Origin: Amoeboaphelidium protococcarum X5
Taxonomy: Eukaryota > Fungi > Aphelidiomycota
DNA: 64,000 nt
NCBI GenBank assembly: GCA_023515725.1
Contig: JALDTO010000213.1
Coordinates: 781,834 to 845,833 of the forward strand
Direction: 5' to 3'
Shown: in pieces, positions 43,177 to 54,790 of the stretch
Layout of the letters: every line of letters starts with the position of its first letter
Position numbering within the stretch: position 1 is the stretch's first letter
Made by a program: the position numbers and the translations under genes
The notes under the pieces: model-generated
What the model saw: only the letters and a program-made list of their open reading frames with translations
Told to the model about the DNA's origin: nothing
Database searches by the model: none

Positions 43177-44804
43177 ATGCCTTCGTTAGTTGACTAAAAG
43201 AAATACTAGGCTATCAAGTTTAGCAAAGTAGGCCATATAATACTCAACAATATAACACCAAACTATTATTATTGTGTAAAGTGTAGAAATTCTCTTCCAC
43301 TGTCTGGAGCGATAGTCGACAGTTAAAGTTATGGATGGAAGACGAAAAGTATCGCCAAAAGTTGAAGAAGCTGATCAGAGAGTCAATTCCTAATGAAATC
43401 AGAAGCCTAGTGTGGCCTCAGATTATGAAACTATCCACAATCGCTGAGCATGACTATGATTTTGTGAGTGCTCTCAAGTCGATCAATATCTAACCTGAAG
43501 ATTTGGTGAAGTATACAGCAAGTAACAGCTCTTATCCTACGTTTGGAGGCGCAATTGATTTCTCGCTCTTTGCGCTCAGTCCGTACGGTGAATCTGTTGT
43601 TAAAGTTATTCTAATTCTGCTTAGTCACGACTTTCCTCTATTGGAGTACAGTCCCATGCTACCAAATGTGGTGGCCTTACTGCTACATAACCTGAATGAA
43701 GACCAAGTGTATGGTATTGCCAAGATCATGGTGTCTCAAGCTCAACGAAACGATAAGTGGATGTACTTGCCAATCAACCTGCAGGAGATGATGCATTTCT
43801 ACCAGGTTTTCGCTGAAGTTGCTCAGTAAATCGCGCCAAAGATCGTCAAACATCTCCGTAACATCAGCAATAACTCTGATCTTTGGATAAAATGGATAAA
43901 TGAATTTCTTTTGAACTCTATGGACATTGGCTGCGAGTTTAGAATGCTTGATAGCTTTCTTATGGAGGGCTATAAGGTGATTATTCGATATGGCGTTGCA
44001 ATGTTGATATTACGTGGACCGCAGATGCTCAAGTGTACCAATGTCCAGTAACTTGATGAATTAATGCTAAAAGAAGAGTTCAAACTAGGAGTAGATGATG
44101 ATAAGCTGTCCGACACGGCGTTCAACATATAACTTAGTCGTAATTAGATTGAAGGTCTGAAGGTGAAGGTTAAGACTGATTTGCTGGCTAGTGGTAACTC
44201 GGCTGATATGACGCTCTCACCACAAGATTACAAAGTGATGCCGATGCTAAAGTCTCAGAGCTCATTCATGAAAGACCAAGATTGGAAGTATCTGTACTAG
44301 TTCATCCCAAAAAAGTACAAGGGCCACTTTATGAAGTTGCTGTTCAGCACTGAGATACATGGTTATCGATTGGCATCGTTGTATAAAGAGTGCGCGATAG
44401 AGGCGCCTCAGGTGCTGCTCATCCAAACACTAGATGATCACATCTTGGGCGCATTCCTCTCCGACTCATGGCAAGGACATTCGCTTGATGGGCGATTCTT
44501 TGGATCGTCAGAGACATTTCTCTTTACTCTTGCACCTCATGATCATGCCTATCGCTGGGTCGGATTTCATGTGCATGCCGACAATGCTGAGCAGGTGAAA
44601 GCTTTGACTGATGGTGCGTCACTATTTATTTCTGGTACTAACAAGTATATGGCGATAGGCGGTGGTGGTGCACACTTTGGTCTATCTATCGATGAATCTC
44701 TGACCAAAGGCACCACTAATACGTGTAAAACTTTTCATAACAAAAGTCTCCATAGTAGGCACTCGTTTGAGATTAAGTCGATCGAGGTCTGGCATTTTAT
44801 ATGA
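43177..44804 (+). CDS. TBC + TLDc domain protein (TBC1D24/Skywalker-like; 1 intron)
   Basis: LIRESIPNEIRSLVW, YSPMLPNVVALLL, RMLDSFLMEGYKVIIR (TBC); LLFSTEIHG, FFGSSETFLF, AIGGG, IEVW (TLDc). Confidence 0.9.
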
Positions 44805-44896
44805 TACTTGTTTGGTAGAAAAGGATGTTGTAATGTTGAGAGTGAATGAAAGTGAACAAAACGATGTGATAGAGTTTTTAAAATTGTACATTATCT

Positions 44897-45913
44897 TCAT
44901 ATAATAAATACTTGACACACTACAGCACTTGCCACAGGCCAAATCAGAGTTACCAAAGATAGAGATGCATTGACAAACACATCATAAATTAGTTGATACG
45001 CGACGAGTCGAAAGATAAATATCTCGCTTTAAGTAAATTATAAATCATATCCTCTTCTGTACAGATCATCCAGTCTCAGGTTGCGAATACCTGCATAAAT
45101 CGCAACAGCTACTAAGATCAATGACATGGATGCCAGATTATGATTGCGTGATATAACACATCCATAGAACACCGACAATAATGTCATTGAGAACCAAACG
45201 CAGAGCAAAGCCTTGCCAAAATTTATATCTCCCAAAGTTTGATAATTAGTCACACTAACAGAGTAAATCAAGTAAACCGTCCACGCCAGATTGAATAGAG
45301 ATGCGTGATTAAATGGCCAAGTGAATATAGTCCAAACTCTCCATCTCCGCAAACTATACCATGACAGTGTAAAGTGTCGATACATAAAGCCTCCTCCAAA
45401 TAAAGATCCGAATACATAACCACATACGCTCAAAGCTAGAATTAACTCTAGAACTGAGACTTCACGAAGAAGTTAATAATATCCAAATTTATCCTTCTTT
45501 ACCGGTCGCAAAGATTTAGGTAAATGATGATATAGTGACACAAAACGGGACAATTTTTTACATTAACTGCTGGCAGAGTAACTTGGCAGACAGAGACAGT
45601 TGTTCCCTAAATTAATACCGCGATAGTTGCAATGCGACAGAAGTGGGTATTACAGCACTTGATCAGCTGCAGCGTATGGTAAAGGTATCCACAGCTTCAA
45701 TGCTCCAAGATACCATTCATCTTTGACAAATCGCTAGTTGTTGACTTTCATCGCAGAGACAACCAAAAGATCGCGATACTCTAGCTAATTACGCGTGGTC
45801 ATTGGACTCGCAACTTGCCATCCTGCAGTATTAGCTTTCGTAGCAGCCATAAATTCATCAATACTAGGCTTGGTCAAGTAGAGTATTATTAAAAACAAAG
45901 CAAAGTATTTCAT
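44897..45913 (-). CDS. Multi-domain membrane protein with a rhomboid-like region
   Basis: 339-codon table-6 ORF. HFTLSWYSLRRWRVWTIFTWPFNHASLFNL resembles the rhomboid L1 loop/TM2; a Cys-rich EGF-like segment lies upstream. Confidence 0.65.
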
Positions 45914-46235
45914 GACGCTCTTATAGTTCAATTTATGGTCGGAATGGAGTCAGATAGAAGCTGAGAAAAATCGTGTTGATCGCGACTTTCACTTGACGCG
46001 GATAAGTCGCGATCATATTGTTTGAACTAAATTGAATCAGTAATTTATAAAACTATATTTAGAGTCGCGTTGCATTGATATGAATAAATTAAAGACTGGG
46101 AGGTGCCTTTCAAAGATCCTCCAATAAATAAAATGCCGCTAATAACAGCGCTGATAGTGTAATTTTGTCTTAAAAGGTGAAAGCGAAACATTTCAAATTC
46201 ACTCAGAAATAGCACACAACGTTTCACTGGAGCTT

Positions 46236-46850
46236 TCAAACTACTTGCGCCAGTTGCTCAGAGCAACATTTCAATGGCAGCTTATCGACATCAGCCGTGT
46301 TCTTATTCTAATTATGGGAGATCAGCTGATAAAACTTCCAAAGAGCGGTTCCCCAACGCAACACGAAACAAATGAAACAAGCCACAGCGATGGCAATCTC
46401 ACCAACAGATCCAAAAATAATTGTAATCACAAAAGAGTCAAAGCATATCCAGCTAGCAACGGATAGTTCAAACTGAAAATAATTGATCGCGGTCCAGTCT
46501 TTAGCAGGAATCATGCAGACGCGAACGTATCCGTAAGACATGTGAAACATAACAGCCATGAGAAACACGGGCAGTGCAATGAAGATCAATGGGGAAATTA
46601 TTAAAAGCATCAGACAGAATGGGAATGCACTCACTACAAACACAACTATAGTGCCAGCGATGGAAACAACTTACTTTCCTTACTTGCTTCTCGGTGGATA
46701 ACATAACCAAAAGAATTGCCCAATTAAGCTAATGACAAGGCAAATAAGTAGAGAACCGATAATGTAAGCCTAGTACACGCCTAGGTTTTCACTTTCAAAA
46801 ATCACCGCGATAACTTGCTATTAAATGTTCTCAAGTACTTCCATAATCAT
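46236..46850 (-). CDS. Hypothetical multi-pass membrane protein
   Basis: 205-codon table-6 ORF with about 5 hydrophobic segments; no family recognised. Confidence 0.55.
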
Positions 46851-47335
46851 TTTAGCTGACGGATGACAAATTAAGAGGATCGCCGTAACTTGTGAAATTT
46901 AAATTGGAGATTTTGTGGGGTAGATTGTTGAAAAATCTCCAACTTAACGGCCCTGAAACGTGATCAATTTGATCTTGCAGCCCCACGATCGATAATCAAA
47001 TTTTCACAAGTATAAAAGTTGTAAACAGCCATGTCTACAACAACGGTGAGATTCAATCTAACGGTTAGGATCTGGTTCGGTGATAATCATTTACACTGTA
47101 TACTGATTGAAATACCTAGAGTTCTCATCCATATTAGGCTTAATCAATGTAAGTAATGGCTAAAACACGATAAAGCTTTGTATTTCATATAAAATCAACG
47201 ATTCGAAACATCTATTACTACAGCCCTTGATATTATAGTGTTTACTTTAAGCAAGTGTAAACGTAGAAACGCGTAACTAGATTTTTCATTTTTACTCTTC
47301 ACTTCGCACGACAATACAGTGATACTAAATTGAGT

Positions 47336-47562
47336 ATGGCGAAAAAGACACTGAGAACGTTTGTTAAAGTATATTCTCAAGCTGGCACAGGATATTTCTA
47401 TTCTCTGCAGAGGCGAAAGAATGGACCTAAATTGGAATTGCGAAAATATGACCCACATGGTAAGATTATTGCCTTTGATTTTGTTTGCCGTTTACTATTC
47501 TCGTTATGAATGTAGTCAGGAAACACGTCTTATTTAATGAAAGTAAACCAATTATGAATTGA
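47336..47562 (+). CDS. MRPL33: Mitochondrial ribosomal protein bL33m (1 intron)
   Basis: MAKKTLRTFVKVYSQAGTGYFYS..KLELRKYDPHVRKHVLFNESK. Confidence 0.92.
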
Positions 47563-47825
47563 ACTGTGTTGATATATAAATTTGATTATTAAATTTAACG
47601 CGTTTTATTACAATTATCATTATTATAGTTGTGAGGCTGAGTATTGAGTATACGCCGTCACTCACTAGGCAGTCCGTCGCTTCTGAGCGTTCAAATGGTT
47701 TTCTCGTTCTTTTTGTCTCTCTCGTCATTATTTCTTTCCTTTAATCTTTCCACTCTGAACGTTTGTCCTCTTCCTGTCCATACTGTTAACACTTTGATAT
47801 TAAGATTAGATATAAAGAGATACTA

Positions 47826-48386
47826 ATGTTGACTTCTATGAGGAGCAAGTTATTGGGTACTTAGTATACCCGAAATCTGCTGTAGAAAAGATTCTGGCAT
47901 CCACCACCGAAGAATTATGATTAGCAGTAGAACGGCCTGTATCCAACAGACATCAAGTGGACGTCGCACACTGAACGTTCTCCTTACTAGCGTTGGGATG
48001 ATGATGTTCATCGAAGAAATTTTGGTGAGCCAATCCATGAAGAATTTGATTTGCAAGATGCATTCTTCCAAGGCAAGCACGATCCTTGGGGCAATTTTGT
48101 GGATGGAATTAAGAATATGGCGTGGATTCCACTCTTCTTTGCCCTTTTCTATGGTGGTGCCTATCTTTTAAATTAAGCTGTGGAAACTAGACCACCGCCA
48201 AAGAGATTGGATCCTGAAGTTTAGCGTTACTTGGATACTAAGGGATGGGAAAGAGTTAATAAGGACCGAGAGTACTAGGTTGTGAAATAATTTGCCTTTG
48301 ATGCTCAGGTTGATCCTACCGTCCCAATAAGACAGAGATAGACTGATGAATTTGGGAAAGTGGTCAAGGCTCATCACAGTCATTGA
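47826..48386 (+). CDS. NDUFB8: Complex I accessory subunit NDUFB8 (ASHI)
   Basis: Basic presequence; QNGLYP..RSPYQRWDDDVHRRNFGEPIHEE; one TM helix. Confidence 0.85.
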
Positions 48387-48501
48387 AATCCTAACCATTG
48401 ATCAAGTTTTATAATGCCATGATTATAATAATAAAATCAACTATTATTATCTTAAAGTTTAGAATAGACTATCAATACCGTTTATTTTCAAAAGATCATT
48501 A

Positions 48502-49712
48502 TCAGTATGCAGCTTTAATTGCACCATCTAGATCATTAATTAAATCTTGCACATCTTCAATGCCGACACTTAAACGCACCAGGCCATCACTTATGCAGAC
48601 ACTGAGGCGTGTGTCATCACAGCGGGCAGCTCAGCCAGACTCTCCACTCCACCCAGAGACTCTGCCAGAGTGAAGAAGTGCAAATGCTGCAGGAACTTTG
48701 TGGAAGTCTGCAAGAGCGTCTGCTACTTGGAAGACTACTTCAATACCACGCTAATCATACCGCCAAATCCACTCTGCTATCTCTTTGCCAGTTCATGCTA
48801 AGGATGAGATTTAAGGCCGGGATAGATTACTCGCTCTACACACTCTTTCTTGGTCTCTAGCCACTCGGCAATCTACTAAGCATTGCTACCGTGAGTCTTC
48901 ATTCTCAAGTGCAGAGTCTTTAAACCTCTATTAGCCAGAAAGCAATCGAAGGCGGACGGTACAGCGCCGATAGAATTCTGCATAAACTTAAGTTAATCAT
49001 ACAGTTGCTGATTACGCGTAACCAGTACGCCCATCACAGCATCAGAGTGACCGTTGATGTACTTTGTCACCGAGTGGACCACAATATCTGCACCCAGATT
49101 CAAAGGCTGTTGGAAGTATGGACTCATGAAAGTGTTATCCACCACAAGGATAATCTTCTTACCCTCCTGTCTACCAGCATTCACACTGGCAACAACTTCT
49201 GCAACTGCTTTGATGTCCACCAAGCGCAAAGTTGGATTAGTCGGAGTCTCCACCCAGACCATTCTAGTCTCCTCCTTCACCGCATCCTTGACATTCTGAG
49301 GATCGCTCATATCAACAAAGCTAACATTGACACCATTCTTAGGAGCCACCTTGGTAAAATACCTGAAAGTTCCACCATAGACATCATTGACAGAGATCAG
49401 ATGGGTACCGGCATCGAGCAGGTGCAAGACACTGGTAGTCGTCGCAGATCCACTACTAAACGCCAGACCACCACCGGAACCGCCTTCATGAACACCTTCC
49501 AAACTAGCGACTGCAACCTCAAACGCCTTTCTGGTAGGATTACCACTTCTGCTATAGTCATAGCCAGCCTGTGCCAATTAGGCAGGACCACTCTACTTGA
49601 AAGTGGTGGACAAAGACAAGGCGGGAATCACAGCTCCAGTGTAAGGATCAGGAGTCTGACCAGCATGAACCGCTCTAGTTCCGAAAGAAGCGTCTTATGT
49701 ACTATGACTCAT
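48502..49712 (-). pseudogene. CYS3: Cystathionine gamma-lyase with a frameshifting deletion at about 48595 (pseudogene, or an assembly error)
   Basis: YSRSGNPTR, ETPTNP, DNTFMSP, HSVTKYINGHSD, LAESLGGVESL, MTHASV are in one frame; the terminal ISDGLVRLSVGIED is in another frame, and about 7 conserved residues between them are missing. The CYS3 identity is strong; the confidence value is for pseudogene status. Confidence 0.65.
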
Positions 49713-49984
49713 TATATGACTATTACAAGTTGATTAAAATGGTATATAGTTGAATTTACTGATTCCACAATGTTAACGTATGAGAATGCGCAGATCAACA
49801 ATAAATCTGTGGTCGGCCGAACGAGGATCAACAAATCTGCGTGAGAAAGGACGAGCCGACGATTTCTCACTAAGCTATGAAGAGAGAGATCTGCAGGTTC
49901 CTTCGACGCGTACAATATCTAAGATCAAGATGGAAAAAATTTTAAGCTTACATTAAAGATATATTATTAAAAGTTAGATCAAAT

Positions 49985-50725
49985 TCATTGCGTTTTATCC
50001 ACAACTTGAGTTGGTTTGGGCATGAATCTCATTCCAATCTGAGCGAGATTACCCAGACAGATCAGCGAGGATAGTGTATACGCAACGTAGAGCATCGTGT
50101 TATCGTCAACTTTCAGTTTTAATCCAGCATATAGAGCTGCGGCTTGGACAACTTCCTTCGTCATTCTTTAGTGAAGTCCGATAATAAACTCCTTCTTATA
50201 TGCGGACAGCATGGCGGCAAACATCAAAATGGTTCCCAAAGCAGCACTGATGGCATGATTATTCCACAATACTCTTCTAATTTCAGCCTGAGACTTACCA
50301 GAGAGACCCAATGCTGAAACTGCCAAGTTTTTGACACTTGGGTAATTGTACACTAAGAAACCGGCGGCAAATTGTAAAAACATTAACATCGACGCAGCAG
50401 CCCCAAACAGAGAGTGTGTAGTCTCATAATGATACTTTTTCTGGACATATTTGGAGTAGAAGATGGCAATACCACCAAAACTAATTGCACAGGTGGCCAG
50501 AAAGTTCCGTACAGCGTGATTATCCTTCTTAGCAGCGTAACTCATTGGAGCAGTGGACTTTGTTACGAAAACACGTATACCGTACGCAGAGATGGCGAAT
50601 CCAAGACACATGCCCAGTGGGTGAAAGTCAAAAGGCGTAAATGTCTTGAAACCTTTAGTGCAAGTATAGAACAGCAGTGGTACGTACAAAAACGTATACA
50701 CAATTAGAGCCAATCCTCGAAGCAT
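49985..50725 (-). CDS. Cytochrome b561 family protein (CYB561D-like)
   Basis: Four putative heme-ligand His in TM context: FHPLGM, NHAVRN, TTHSLFG, NHAISA; 247 codons. Confidence 0.8.
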
Positions 50726-51324
50726 TTTTAAAACTAATGTCAATCAACTTTTCAAGAGATAATAGAGCTTTGCTTTCTAGTGAATGGATTCCTTAAGGAC
50801 GATGATGATGGGCGAGACTCTCGTTATTCGAAACGCGTGTTTCTTATACAAGCGAGGCCTCTGTTTCACTCATGATCAATCTACTGTATGACTTTCCCCT
50901 GTAAATACACGTTCTCTTGTAGATCCACTTTTTATTTTAACACAGATAGATGAGATAACTACAAAGGTGCTGTTCATTGACAACATCTACCGTATTTGTT
51001 GACACCTGATCGTCGTTACCTTCATTCAATAACGCAATGACACTGATCCTAGTGCTTAGCGACGCTATGGTTACAGCAAAGCCAATCTGCGATCATTTTA
51101 TAAATATATTGGGTGTAGTTGCTTAGTACTGTCTAGTCCTGTGGTCAAGGAACCGCCAGATTTTCTAAATATATACACTAATAGATTTTATTGATCACCA
51201 TTTCTCTCAGTGATAACCGGTTGCATTATCATAACATTTGCCCCCATCAGTAGTCAGTCTTCCACACAGACGACACTCACAGGCTCAAACACTCACTCAC
51301 ACTCCAGGCTCAATTGAAACAAAG

Positions 51325-52761
51325 ATGAGAAGACCGTCACTTTACGAAGAGATTCAAGGCTCAAGCCCATAGACTGCCGCAAGAAAGGTGCGCCATGTAC
51401 TGGACTCTGAATTTGATGAGTTGGAGAGAAAGAACATCTTGGCCACTCTGGATAATAACAATAATAGCAGTAGTAAGCAATAGCAGAGTTAGCGAGACCG
51501 CTCAGATTCTAAATTCAGGACCTTCTCCCTGGCTCGAGTGATCGACAACTTCTTCGATCGCAAGTAGTAATAGCGTCCCGCTTTGCCTGTAGCTTCTCGA
51601 TAATCTGCACCACCAGCAATCTGCGATCCTAGGCCTGCCGTAGTGAATCAAGTGAAAGTAAACCTCTCTGGCCCAACCATTCTGGATGACTCCATGGTAT
51701 CGGATAAGCGAGTAGGCGACTACGTGTTTCTGAAGACTCTGGGCAAAGGTACTTTTGGTAAGGTGAAATTGGCTGAACACGCTGTCACCAGGCAAAAGGT
51801 GGCCATTAAAATCATGGAAAAGTCCAATATCAAGACTCAGAAGTAAAAGATTAGCGTTGATAGAGAGGTGCGCCTGATGAAACTTCTCAACCACCCTCAT
51901 ATCGTGGGTGCCATCGATGTCTATGAGACAAAGACGCATCTGTTCATCGTGATGGAGCATGCTGATGGTGGCGAGCTATTTGACTACATTGTTAAAAATA
52001 ATCAGGTGAAGGAGTAGGAGGCCAGGCGATTTTTTCGCTAGCTGATATCTGCTGTGGATTATTGCCATAAAAACTCAATTATCCATCGCGATTTGAAGCC
52101 TGAGAATTTGCTATTGGATTCCAACAAGAATATCAAGCTTATCGATTTTGGATTTGGAAACACATTTCACAAAGATCGTCTGCTTGAAACGTACTGTGGA
52201 AGCCCGTTCTATGCTGCACCCGAGATGATCCAGGGAATTCGGTACATTGGACCTGAGGTTGATGTGTGGAGTATGGGCGTAATCTTGTACGCGATGCTGA
52301 GTGGAAGATTACCCTTCGATGCACCGACTATGAATGAACTGTATGAAAAGATTGCGCGCGGTAAGTATGCTGTGCCTCCGCAATTCTCCTAAGACGCAAT
52401 CCACCTGATATCAAGGATGTTGACCGTTGATCCTAAGAAGAGAATCACTTTGGCTGAGATCAAGTAGCATCCGTGGGTTAATTGCGGTTTTCCAAGTACT
52501 CCAATTGAGAATCATTTGCCTCAGCGTCCGCTGACAGTACTTAAGCCGCATCCGTAGACATTGTAGGAGCTCTCAACTTATGGGTTCAAAGTTGAGGACA
52601 CTACGCGAATTGTTCAGACAGAGTTTAATCTGCATCCAATTGTTTCATTGTACCATCTCATTGATGAAGCTAGACGTCGACATGATGATAAATAGATGCA
52701 ATCAGCAATGCTGAATGGCTAATCTGAAGGAAGTCGTGCAAACTCGTTGTCACTTATCTGA
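51325..52761 (+). CDS. CAMKL Ser/Thr kinase (Kin1/MARK-like)
   Basis: [64 protein letters not shown]; 479 codons. Confidence 0.92.
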
Positions 52762-53062
52762 TCACTCCGAGTGCGCACATACTTTAGTTTTGAGTTAAGC
52801 AATTAGATTATAGATTTTAGATTGATAGATTAGACAGGAATTGATTTAGATCAATTCCATAACATCTTTATTCTTGCTCTTATTTTCGTATCCCCAGTTT
52901 TGACCATCAATGGGTCAACTATCGAGATAATGCGATGATTGTTTCCAGTTCACTTCAGTCAATCAACTTCGCCGCATGTTCTCTCTTTCTCTTCCTCTTT
53001 GTCAGTTCTTCTCAAAACAGATTGCGATCTTCATCAAACTACAGTTTAACTTTTCATCGGGT

Positions 53063-54447
53063 ATGACTGATTTTAGGTATCAAGTTCAGTAGTTGTAGCG
53101 ATTGGATGGAAATAAGTAGTGTGTGGACTGCGGCAGTCATAATCCTTAATGGGCCTCTGCCTCATTTGGTACCTTTATCTGTTTGGAGTGCAGCGGTCAG
53201 CACAGATCGCTCGGTGTTCACATCAGCTTTGTTCGATCCGTCACCATGGACAGCTGGAAAGAGGAGTAGCATAATAAGATGAAGGTACATAATTCGTATT
53301 GTTTATGATCATTCATCTATATAGTCGCCGTTGATTGAATGTGTATTTGTAGGCGGGAGGAAACGATAAAGCTCGGTAATTCTTTGAAAAGTATAGCATC
53401 TAGGGCATGTCGATCACTTAAAAGTATTAAACTAAAGCGGCTGATTTGTATAAGGAGAAATTGATGGCAGAGATGCAAGGTAGAGATTTCGATCTGCCTG
53501 CTCCATCTCCGGAACTGAGTCGTGTTAAAGTCGCTGAGAATGCAGCCACCTCCATGATCAATGGCGGTGGTGGTAATAATATGTAGCAGAGAATGGATAT
53601 GGGTAGTAATAGTATGAGTAGTAGCTAGATGAGCACCAAGAGCCGTAATGAAGAGTACTTTGCTCGTAAAGGAGCAGAGAATAGTTAACGTCCAGTTGAT
53701 CTTCCTCCTAATCAGGGTGGTAAATATTAAGGATTTGGGAGCGATTATCAGGGCCCATCAACAAGCAAAGGCCGTAATGAAGAAGATATTCTTAATGATG
53801 CCGTCAGTGCTTTCACTAAAGGATGGTCCGTGTTTGGTGCCAAAGCGGTGGAGTGGGGAAGGTATGCGGCAACTCAGGCAGAGTCTATCGGCAAGGATAT
53901 CAATACGAATGTGATTAAACCGACCGCTTCAAAGCTGCAGGATCCTAATCTTAGATAGAATCTATCAAATTAGCTGAACTCTATTGGCAAGAATATTGTG
54001 GAAACCAGCGATAAAGGCATCTCGTTCATTGCACATGCACTCACAGGAGAAGAGCAGGTAAAGTCGCCATCTAGTTCCTCCTTCTCTGGGCGTGGATAGA
54101 ATTCCTATGAGAAGTTGCATGAGAATTATGACGATAATAATGCTGAAAATAGTGAAGATTTGTTCAAAGACTCCAATGATTCAGCTGTCCTTCAGGATCA
54201 AAATGCTTTCGCTAGTCAATTTGAAGCTGTTGGTTATGGCTCCAATGTGCCGCAATCGACATTGCCAACTTCTTCTGTTGCATAAGATCAGGTTGTTAAT
54301 AATGAAGAACGAGCGGATAATAGTTAGAATCAGCAAGTCTCGCAGGCCATGTCCAAGTAAATGACGGCAACGAAAGATGAGGCTCACCGGCCGTCCAGCA
54401 GTGAACAATGGACTGACGTGAATGACGATGATTGGGCCGACTTTTGA
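53063..54447 (+). CDS. GCS1: ADP-ribosylation factor GAP (Gcs1/ArfGAP1; 1 intron)
   Basis: [36 protein letters not shown]; GGKYQGFG; C-terminal DDDWADF. Confidence 0.95.
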
Positions 54448-54790
54448 TTATTATTGAACAGTTCTCGTAACTCTCGCTGGAATAGATTGAGCTTATTTTC
54501 ATCATCATACCTGCTCATCTGTCTTTATACATGTACCGATAGTTTAATCTTTTAAACACGTTTTATCATAATCGCACGAATATCATATGATTACATCGTG
54601 ACTTGTATGATCCATTGGAGCTCCTGATCATGAAACCGAATCAGCGGCAGAGCCATGGAGAACAATAAGGGGGTGGATGAATCTTCTCACGGGTGTCTTT
54701 CTAATCACATACAATATCATCACTGTGCAGTAATATAATATTTAGAGCTATTACTATTTAGCAGATTTGTATTTTGTACAATTAGTAATA

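Noticed and set aside
47031-47333. About 100-codon table-6 ORF upstream of MRPL33
   Set aside because: With one stop codon, such ORFs arise easily by chance; it has no protein-like features and overlaps a likely promoter.
49005-49733. 242-aa plus-strand ORF and similar antisense ORFs (e.g. 13402-13830, 37143-37547, 51502-51960, 39029-39496)
   Set aside because: They are antisense shadows of well-supported genes and carry no recognisable motifs.
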